Positions 56,401 to 64,000 of a DNA stretch of 64,000 nt are shown here, one piece after another (position 1 is the first letter of the stretch; each line of letters starts with the position of its first letter). This stretch comes from Bacteroidales bacterium. GTDB lineage: Bacteria > Bacteroidota > Bacteroidia > Bacteroidales > UBA7960. The stretch spans positions 1,578 to 65,577 of the forward strand of contig PXAA01000067.1 of the NCBI GenBank assembly GCA_003567205.1, in the 5' to 3' direction. The notes beneath the pieces were generated by a model. The model was not told the origin of the DNA, ran no database searches, and saw only the letters and a list, made by a program, of their open reading frames with translations. A program made the translations under genes and the position numbers.

Positions 56401-58860
56401 TTATCGAATGACGGCACCCAGTTTCTGGGTGCATGCCCTGGTCAGCTTGTCCATGATCTTGTCCACTTCCTTGTCGGTAAGGGTCTTATTTTCATCCTGA
56501 AATACAAAACTGACCGCATACGACTTTTTGTTTTGCCCCAGTTTCTCATCCTGGTAAACATCAAAGAGGTTCACCTCCTTCAATATTTTTTTCTCAGTCT
56601 GGTATGCAATCTGTTCAATTTCAGAAAAAGGCACACTGGCATCCAGCAACAGGGCAAGGTCCCTTCGGATTTCCGGAAATCTTGGTACTTCACGATAAAC
56701 CAGTTGTTTTTCGCCGGCAATCTGTATCAGTGTGTCCCATTCCATCGTGGCATAAAACACCTCATCCCTGATATCGGCCAGACGCATCAACCCTTTAGAT
56801 AACAAACCCATGCGTGCCAGGTGTTTTTCCTCCACAAACAAGTCGGTTCCATAGGAAAAACGCTCCGATGGGTGAATCCTGACAGCCCTGACCATCCTTT
56901 CATGAATCCCCAATCGCCGCAATACTGCATAAACCGTATTCTTCAGGTCAAAGAAATCAAGCTCGGAACCAGGCTCATGCCAGGATTCAGGTTGCCGTTT
57001 CCCGGTTATAAACAGGGCAAGAAGCATGCATTCCCGGTAGGCGGCAAGCGGCTCCGAATGATTCTTTCCGGGGATTTTTTCATATGCATTGCCAAATTCA
57101 TACAGCTTCATGTCCTGTATTTTTCTGTTCTGGTTATAGGCAATGCTCTCAAGCCCCCCAAACAATAGCGTCTGACGCATCACATTCAGATCCTGGCTCA
57201 GGGGGTTTTGAATGGGTACCGAACGCCGGGCATCAAAGCCATGGCCTTCATAGTAAGCGGCTTTTGTCAGGGAATTGTTCATGATTTCATTAAAACCCCT
57301 GGCCGAAAGCATATCAGATACCGTGTTCTGCAAAAGCTCCTTATCAGGTTTGGGCGATATCACGATGGATGCATGCATCTTTCCAGGGATATCGATCTTG
57401 TTATACCCGTAAATACGCAGGACTTCTTCAACCACATCAGCCTCACGGGTCACATCTACCCTGTAAGTGGGCACCCTTATTGTAAGGGTTGCATCTGTCG
57501 AAGCCACGATTTCAAAATCAAGGTCTTCAAGAATGGATTGTATTTCCCCGGCCGGGATATCCTTGCCAATTAAGGTACGGACACGATGATAGCTTATTTC
57601 CAGCTCTGCAGGCCGGATTCTTTTGGGGTACACATCGTGCACATCAGATGATATGGTGCCTCCGGCCACTTCTCTGATCAACATGGCGGCCCTTTTCAGT
57701 GCAAAAACTGTCATTTCCGGGTCAGAGCCACGTTCAAAACGGAATGAGGCGTCTGTTTTTAAACCATGGTGTTTTGCGGATCGGCGGATAGTAAGCGGAT
57801 TGAAGCATGCGCTTTCCAGGAAAATGGCCCGGGTGGTTTCTGTGACTCCCGGGCGAATGCCCCCAAAAATCCCCCCCATGCACATGGGTTCGGCTTCGTT
57901 GCAAACCATCAGGTCATGGCCGGTGAGTTGAAGTTTTTCTTCGTCCAGGGTTTCGAACACTGTACCTTTAGGCGACTTCTTTACAATGACCTTATTGCCA
58001 TTAACGCCAGCAAGATCAAAGGCATGCAGTGGCTGACCCAGTTCATGGAGCACAAAATTGGTGACATCCACCACATTGTTGATGGGCTTCAGACCGATGG
58101 CCTTGAGTTTGTCTTTTAGCCAACCGGGCGATTCCTTTACGGTAATATTGCTGATTGTCAAACTGCTATACCGGGGGCAGGCATCCGGATCCTGGATGGT
58201 GACCGGGACCTGCACATCTGTATTGTCGGGCCTGAAACCAGAAACATCGGGCCACAGCACTGCCAATTTTTTCTTTCCCTGCTGATGATTGATTACAGCT
58301 GCCACATCCCTGGCAACACCCGTATGTGAAGCGGCATCAATGCGGTTGGGGGTGAGCCCGATCTCAAATATCCAGTCCCGGGTCAGATTAAAGTAATCTG
58401 CGGCGGCCATGCCCACGGGCACATCGTCGGGCAGCACCATAATGCCTTCGTGCGAATCGCCCAACCCCAGTTCATCCTCTGCGCAAATCATGCCTTCAGA
58501 CACTTCGCCGCGAATTTTGGTTTTTTTAATGGGGAAGGGGCCCTTGTCGGTGTACAGTAAAGTACCCACCAGAGCCACCAGTACCTTTTGGCCTTCTGAC
58601 ACATTGGGCGCCCCGCAAACAATCGGAAGGGCTTTGTTTCCGCACACCTCAACAAGGGTCAGGGTTAATTTATCGGCATTGGGGTGTGGCTTGCACGACA
58701 ACACCTTGCCGGTAACAACGCCTTTCAGGCCCCCGCGGACCGTCTCATATTTTTCCAGCGATTCCACTTCCAAACCGCAATCTGTCAGCAAGACCGACAA
58801 AGCTTCGGGTTGCCCGTCATAAGCAACATAATTTTTCAGCCAGTTATAAGAAATACGCAT
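56401..58860 (-). CDS. pheT: Phenylalanine-tRNA ligase beta subunit
   Basis: HPNADKL, VCGAPN, TPNRID, GQPLHAFD, RFERG, RRDLA; minus TATTTTTG at 58903-58910. Confidence 0.98.
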   Translation of the reverse strand: MRISYNWLKNYVAYDGQPEALSVLLTDCGLEVESLEKYETVRGGLKGVVTGKVLSCKPHPNADKLTLTLVEVCGNKALPIVCGAPNVSEGQKVLVALVGTLLYTDKGPFPIKKTKIRGEVSEGMICAEDELGLGDSHEGIMVLPDDVPVGMAAADYFNLTRDWIFEIGLTPNRIDAASHTGVARDVAAVINHQQGKKKLAVLWPDVSGFRPDNTDVQVPVTIQDPDACPRYSSLTISNITVKESPGWLKDKLKAIGLKPINNVVDVTNFVLHELGQPLHAFDLAGVNGNKVIVKKSPKGTVFETLDEEKLQLTGHDLMVCNEAEPMCMGGIFGGIRPGVTETTRAIFLESACFNPLTIRRSAKHHGLKTDASFRFERGSDPEMTVFALKRAAMLIREVAGGTISSDVHDVYPKRIRPAELEISYHRVRTLIGKDIPAGEIQSILEDLDFEIVASTDATLTIRVPTYRVDVTREADVVEEVLRIYGYNKIDIPGKMHASIVISPKPDKELLQNTVSDMLSARGFNEIMNNSLTKAAYYEGHGFDARRSVPIQNPLSQDLNVMRQTLLFGGLESIAYNQNRKIQDMKLYEFGNAYEKIPGKNHSEPLAAYRECMLLALFITGKRQPESWHEPGSELDFFDLKNTVYAVLRRLGIHERMVRAVRIHPSERFSYGTDLFVEEKHLARMGLLSKGLMRLADIRDEVFYATMEWDTLIQIAGEKQLVYREVPRFPEIRRDLALLLDASVPFSEIEQIAYQTEKKILKEVNLFDVYQDEKLGQNKKSYAVSFVFQDENKTLTDKEVDKIMDKLTRACTQKLGAVIR

Positions 58861-58974
58861 CGGTGCTAGATTTTTGGCTAATACAAATAAGAATTACAGG
58901 TGCAAAAATAAGGAATTTAGCCAAAGCGGGTGATTTTTTAGCCCCTGATGAGGCGGACAGGAAGGGAGGGGAAA

Positions 58975-59868
58975 TTACCTGAGTTTAAAAAACAGGGGTT
59001 CGTATTGTTTGTCGTCAATAAAAACAACCACCTGATGGCCTCCCGGCACAAAATCATGTGCACCATCCCACCGGGTGCATACGCGTTTATCCTGGTTCCG
59101 GTATACAAATTGACTCTGAAATGTAACAATCTGATCATCATTGTTAAAAGAAAATCGCATTGGCTCTCCATCGGAAATGAACCCTCCGTCCGGTCCAATC
59201 AGCTGATAATACACGGTACGTTCGCCAGCATCTGCAATGGGGTTTTCCCTCACTTCGAAACATACCTGAATCACATCCACGCGGCTGGCCCTGTCCGTTT
59301 CCCGTAAGCGGCGGCCATGAATGTATGTAAGGACACTGCCATTGGCAATATCCAACTGCCTGGCCATATGTACCTGTTCCTGCAGGATCTTATTTTCCCT
59401 CTCCAGTTCCTGGCTTTTCCTGGTTAGCTGGCCGAGGGTGGAAGCCATTTGCTGTCCTTCCATCATCATCAACTGGTTATCTTCAATGAGGGTTTCCATA
59501 TCAACCCGGTACTGTGCCAGCAGTTCTTCCAGTTCGTTGATACGTGCTTCGTACCGCTCTTTTTCACGGACCGTAATCCCCCTGGCCAACTGAGTCCTCA
59601 ACCGGGCTATTTCACGTTGCTCCTGGTCAAATTCCCGTTTCAGCAGTTCGTATTCGTGACGAAGCTGGCGATATGTATCCTCCAGATCAGACAACTGGTT
59701 CAGCATCTGATCACGTTCTCTTGCAAGCCAATTCCTCTCCACAAGGGTTTCTTTGGCTATCATTGATTCCGAAACAGCATTCCGCAAAATCAGGCCAGCT
59801 GCCACAGCAAGGATGATGCATAAAGACCCCAAAAATACCAGGGGGATGAGGATCGGTCTTGTTTGCAT
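58975..59868 (-). CDS. Uncharacterised single-TM coiled-coil protein (paralog 2)
   Basis: N-terminal TM, long coiled coil, C-terminal domain with ETDRASRVDVIQVCF..ENPI. Confidence 0.75.
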   Translation of the reverse strand: MQTRPILIPLVFLGSLCIILAVAAGLILRNAVSESMIAKETLVERNWLARERDQMLNQLSDLEDTYRQLRHEYELLKREFDQEQREIARLRTQLARGITVREKERYEARINELEELLAQYRVDMETLIEDNQLMMMEGQQMASTLGQLTRKSQELERENKILQEQVHMARQLDIANGSVLTYIHGRRLRETDRASRVDVIQVCFEVRENPIADAGERTVYYQLIGPDGGFISDGEPMRFSFNNDDQIVTFQSQFVYRNQDKRVCTRWDGAHDFVPGGHQVVVFIDDKQYEPLFFKLR

Positions 59869-60139
59869 TATTCGAAGGTTTTTAAAAAACATAAAGGCAC
59901 CACACAGCTTTCCCAAAGGTAAAGCTATGGATTAATTATGCAGTGGTCAATCTTGCGTATATCTTTTTTTCAACAAATGAATCCCGGATACCACTTGCCG
60001 GTAAGAAATGTCAATGTGCTGATAAACAAACATATAAAGAATTTGTGTTTTAAGAAAGCAATCACACAGGCCAGGATGTGTTAATAAATAATTATGGCCC
60101 GGTGGTCAAGCCGGGAGCAAAACACGCTGTCTTAAGCTG

Positions 60140-61060
60140 TTATCGCAATTCAAGTATGGTTTCGCCAAGCAGGGAATCATCCGTAAACAGGGAGATTGCA
60201 TACACCCCTTGTTCAAATTCATCAACCCGCTGCCAGGTAAGACAGGTGTGCTTCACCTGGTTTTGATAGTTGAATGAATCCTTCATGGAATATTGCAGGG
60301 TATCTCCCTCCAGAACGATCATATGGTCCGCTCCGTCCCCGGCCTGCAAAACAACGCCAAAAGGATCTACGATGCGCATATATGCGTTGTAGTCGCCTGC
60401 TTCAACAATCGGGTTTTCGCCAATCTTGAAACAGACCCGGATCTGTTCAACACGCCTTGCCCGGTCAGTTTCGTCTTCACGGTCGCCCCTGCCGCGCATT
60501 CTGAAGGGCGTTACCTCGATTTCATAGGCGCGCAGCGTGGATGCTTCTTCCACCTTCCACTCCAGGAGCATTTTGTCTACGGTCAGTTCTGAAGTACGTC
60601 GCTGTGCGATTTCAATTTCTTCGCGCATCTGGACATTCATAGCCTTAAGCACCTGGTTCTCCGAATAGAGGCTGTCAATTTCCCGGACATAATTCTGGGT
60701 TATTTCGCGCAATAAATTGAGCTGGCGACGAATCCGGTTATAATCGGCCTGACGGTTAATGAGGTTCTGGATTTCCCGTGCACTGGCACCAATAATGCTG
60801 TCCTTATCTACCAATACGCTATCGTATTCTTGCTTAACCATTTGGTATTCATCAAGCACATGATTCAATTCGCTTTGAAGGCCCACATTCAGTTCTGCCG
60901 CAATTTCGCGTTGCGTGGTCATCTCAATGAGCGACTGGCGACAGCTAATCCATAATATCGTAAGGAATAATACCAGAAGCACCAAAACCAATATGGTAAT
61001 ACGGTATATGACTTCATTCCTTTTGGTATTGTTTGTATGTTTGATTTCTTGATTTTCCAT
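60140..61060 (-). CDS. Uncharacterised single-TM coiled-coil protein (paralog 1)
   Basis: TM, coiled coil, C-terminal domain with ETDRARRVEQIRVCF..ENPI. Confidence 0.78.
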   Translation of the reverse strand: MENQEIKHTNNTKRNEVIYRITILVLVLLVLFLTILWISCRQSLIEMTTQREIAAELNVGLQSELNHVLDEYQMVKQEYDSVLVDKDSIIGASAREIQNLINRQADYNRIRRQLNLLREITQNYVREIDSLYSENQVLKAMNVQMREEIEIAQRRTSELTVDKMLLEWKVEEASTLRAYEIEVTPFRMRGRGDREDETDRARRVEQIRVCFKIGENPIVEAGDYNAYMRIVDPFGVVLQAGDGADHMIVLEGDTLQYSMKDSFNYQNQVKHTCLTWQRVDEFEQGVYAISLFTDDSLLGETILELR

Positions 61061-61192
61061 GTCGTTGTTATTTGTTCTTTTATTGTAATTATTTGTAAAT
61101 TTACAGAAAATTGACACCAGGGGCATTTTTAACAGGACTTCCTGGTTTTTGTTATGCAAATGTATGCATTTTTTATCAGTTTTAAACGAGGC

Positions 61193-61894
61193 ATGAAGAT
61201 GGTTTTTTTTCAGTTTTTACAGGGGTTCGCCGCACTTCTCTATCCGGATACATGCTGTGCCTGCGCAGGCATTTTGCTGAAGGGGGAACAGCACCTTTGC
61301 AGTTACTGCCGGGTGAGTTTGCCGAAAACCGACTTTTATCAATTCAGGGAAAACCAGCTGAGCAGGGTCTTCTGGGGAAAGATCCCGGTTGAAACGGGCA
61401 CTGCGCTCTATTATTACCAGAAAGGGGGCAGGGTGCAAAAGCTTATCCGTCAGTTCAAATACCACGGGAATACCGCCCTGGGACATTATCTGGGTTTTTT
61501 GCTGGGGCAAAGTATGCAAGGCCGTGGTTTGTACCAGGGCCTCGATATGATCCTGCCGGTGCCTTTGCATCCCTGGAAAGAGCGCAAGCGCGGATTTAAT
61601 CAGAGTGTAATCATTGCGCGCGGAATTTCAGAAGCATTACCTGTTCCATGTTGTAATCACTTACTGGTACGCCGGCAGCCCACCTCCACCCAAACCAGAA
61701 AATCACGCTACAAACGATGGGAAAATGTATCCCTTGTGTTTGATACCCCCGATACCCATGCCCTTCAAAATAAAAACATTTTGCTGGTGGATGATGTGGT
61801 TACCACAGGCTCAACCCTGGAGGCCTGTGGCGATGTGTTGCTGAAAGCCGGGGCGGCAAAACTGTGGGTTGCCACCCTGGCCATCACATTATAA
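61193..61894 (+). CDS. comF: ComF-family phosphoribosyltransferase-like protein
   Basis: N-terminal CxxC/CxxC, FKY, PVPLH, RGFNQS, LLVDDVVTTGST. Confidence 0.92.
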   Translation: MKMVFFQFLQGFAALLYPDTCCACAGILLKGEQHLCSYCRVSLPKTDFYQFRENQLSRVFWGKIPVETGTALYYYQKGGRVQKLIRQFKYHGNTALGHYLGFLLGQSMQGRGLYQGLDMILPVPLHPWKERKRGFNQSVIIARGISEALPVPCCNHLLVRRQPTSTQTRKSRYKRWENVSLVFDTPDTHALQNKNILLVDDVVTTGSTLEACGDVLLKAGAAKLWVATLAITL

Positions 61895-61913
61895 AGCACA
61901 CCGTTCGCCAACT

Positions 61914-64000
61914 TTACATGCTTCCCGCCAATACCGCAGGCATCCTGTAAACACCCACCTGCCCGTACTGATTAAATAACAATACATGAATAACATACAT
62001 GCCGATGGATGCTTTCTGCCGGTCATTGGTTGTTCCGTCCCAGGTAAGCACCCCGGAAGTAGCCAGGAGTTGTGCACGGGCAAGGGTTTTGATTTCCCTG
62101 CCCCAACGGTCAAACACACGGATATGGGCAACATAACCCGGTTCATCCAGAGAATAGTAAATATGTAACACATCGTTGATCCCGCTGCCATCGGGCGAAA
62201 AAATACCGGGATCTGCAAAAAATTCAGCATCAAAAGGTCCGTCATAGGCCACATACTGGGAATTCCTATATCCCGGGGTGCCATATGCCGCTGATGAAGC
62301 CGCAGAATGCCAGCTCGATAATTCCTGTGTCGGCCTGTCGGGGTGCAAACGCTCCAGGGCAACCCCCCTCTGATCGGTTAATAAAGGAAGGTGCATGTTA
62401 TCGGTGTACACCAGCATATCGATGATTTCATGGCTCCTGCCTGCCAGCACAACAATGCCGTCTGAAATGGTCATCCTGGGCATCGCCTGTAATTCAATGA
62501 ACGCATCGGGGTCGGGGGCTGGAAATGATCTTTTTACCGCACCGGTATCATTGGTAAGCACCATATAGTCGCCCGGGAAATATAAATGGCTTTCCTCGCT
62601 AATGTATTGCACCGTGGTCAGGACCTGATCAATGGTGTCTTTTGATGTAAGCAACATGTCCTTCAGGTCAATCACCTTTTCTGACCGGTTAAACAATTCA
62701 ATATACCGCACCCCGCCCTGGGGCGGGTTAAACAATATTTCATTCAGGACAACATCTCCGGTGCCGGCATTCATGGGCACCGACACCCTTGCACTGTTTT
62801 GCCCCAGCAAATTTCCGGCACAATCCGAAAGTGCATCGCTGGCCACAATGGTGTACACAATGCCATCCTGTATGGCCTGTCCCAGGGTGACCTCAAGAAC
62901 AGAAAAATCGGGCATGAACGTCTGCAAGGACAAAGGGTGGCCTATTCCCTGGTCAATATGATAATGATCCGTTACCAACAGAGAGGGTTCATCCATGGGT
63001 TCGGAAAAATGCAACCGGACGGTAAGTGAGTCGACATAGCCGGCACGGAGCAATCGTGGCCTGCTGGTATTGGGGTTATCGTCCCGTATCGAATTGGTGG
63101 CAACCGGGGTACCTCCCTTTGGATCTTCGGATGCCCGCCAGTTCTCTGCCCCCTGGCAGAAATTGTACGGGTCAATCTTTTCCAGCGACCATCCACCCTG
63201 GGCTTTGGCAGCATCCCGGTACCAGCGATCTGAATAATCCACAAACGAAACCTGCTCTCCTGTGTCATCCAGAAGAATCAGGCAGGTGCCCCCGATAGTC
63301 AGTGCGGTGGCCGACAGCCCGGGAACAGCAACCACATGGCCATAAGGGGCCAGAAAAGGATAGGCTGCTTCGCTGGTCAGCACAAGATATCCGCGGGGAG
63401 GGATGACCGCCTCAGGGATGATTCGCTGTGTGGTGCCATGCTGCAGGGTCCATCCTTCGAGGTCGATGGGAATATCTGTAGTATTGTACAACTCCAGCCA
63501 GTCGTGGGGTGGCAGGGATACTTCCGGCCGGCTGTTGGCCATGATTTCATTGAACACCACATCGAAGCGGCTCGATACATAGTGCACAAATTCTCCTTCA
63601 AATGGCACCATCACCTGGCCGTCAATTCCGCTTATTCCGGCAACCTGAATGGAGTATAACAGGTTTTCTTCAAAATGGGAAAAAAACAGCAGGCGCACTA
63701 CATTTGGAAAATCCGGGTCCTTCGAGGCAATCAGCGGGTGGCCCACTCCCTGGTCCACAAAATAATACTGCGTATCCTGGGCTGTTTCATCATCCACCAC
63801 GCGATTAAATATCACATCCAGGGTATTTGGCGAAGCCACCTGTAATTTTTCAACACGAAGAGGGTCTTCCGGTGTAATATCCCCCACACGGAAATCATTA
63901 AAATAAAAACGCCTGCTGTTGCTTACCGTATAGGTGCAGTGCACACCAAACCATGAAGTGCCCGTGTATGTAAGGTCAAATACCTGTCCCTGGGGGATGA
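61914..64000 (-). CDS. Lamin-tail-domain protein with T9SS type-B CTD (5' part outside window)
   Basis: Two LTD modules (VVFNEIM..WLELYN; VVLNEILFNP..YIELFN) alternating with Ig-like units; FSPDG..ND, FDRWG, WDGT; frame open to the window edge. Confidence 0.85.
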   Translation of the reverse strand, partial: IPQGQVFDLTYTGTSWFGVHCTYTVSNSRRFYFNDFRVGDITPEDPLRVEKLQVASPNTLDVIFNRVVDDETAQDTQYYFVDQGVGHPLIASKDPDFPNVVRLLFFSHFEENLLYSIQVAGISGIDGQVMVPFEGEFVHYVSSRFDVVFNEIMANSRPEVSLPPHDWLELYNTTDIPIDLEGWTLQHGTTQRIIPEAVIPPRGYLVLTSEAAYPFLAPYGHVVAVPGLSATALTIGGTCLILLDDTGEQVSFVDYSDRWYRDAAKAQGGWSLEKIDPYNFCQGAENWRASEDPKGGTPVATNSIRDDNPNTSRPRLLRAGYVDSLTVRLHFSEPMDEPSLLVTDHYHIDQGIGHPLSLQTFMPDFSVLEVTLGQAIQDGIVYTIVASDALSDCAGNLLGQNSARVSVPMNAGTGDVVLNEILFNPPQGGVRYIELFNRSEKVIDLKDMLLTSKDTIDQVLTTVQYISEESHLYFPGDYMVLTNDTGAVKRSFPAPDPDAFIELQAMPRMTISDGIVVLAGRSHEIIDMLVYTDNMHLPLLTDQRGVALERLHPDRPTQELSSWHSAASSAAYGTPGYRNSQYVAYDGPFDAEFFADPGIFSPDGSGINDVLHIYYSLDEPGYVAHIRVFDRWGREIKTLARAQLLATSGVLTWDGTTNDRQKASIGMYVIHVLLFNQYGQVGVYRMPAVLAGSM

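Noticed and set aside
1-64000. CRISPR arrays, rRNA/tRNA genes, prophage or defence systems
   Set aside because: No repeat-spacer arrays, cloverleafs, rRNA motifs, integrases or defence domains seen by eye

Overview
Core chromosomal segment of a Bacteroidota bacterium, probably Bacteroidales; TAnnTTTG promoter elements precede many genes. It carries prfB (5'-truncated), class II RNR nrdJ, an AbgT transporter, EF-G2, the glmS/DUF4270/glgA-like/panC/panD cluster, S41 and S9 peptidases, an aromatic amino acid operon, dprA-DUF2207-ftsX-uppP-truB-queA-ispD, miaB, topA, a T9SS porP-gldKLMN operon, class I fumarase, rbfA, pheT, comF and a T9SS lamin-tail cargo gene. I saw no rRNA, tRNA, CRISPR array, prophage or intact transposase. 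Main oddities: (1) an unannotated Tyr/Phe/Trp-rich leader peptide (MTAANNYTTYYYYFFSNKGVW) with attenuator architecture heading the aro operon; (2) several genes hollowed out by clean internal deletions that keep both ends and usually the frame (tyrA, DAHP synthase-chorismate mutase, SDR/YyaL, fumC, plus an orphan T9SS CTD); (3) an 89-bp MITE-like element flanked by a duplicated CTAG that supplies the stop codons of two convergent genes; (4) strong Lys depletion in periplasmic GldK/M/N, suggesting an alkaliphile; (5) a terminator-like hairpin between the promoter and DUF4270-glmS. All family calls come from motif recognition by eye; no searches were run.
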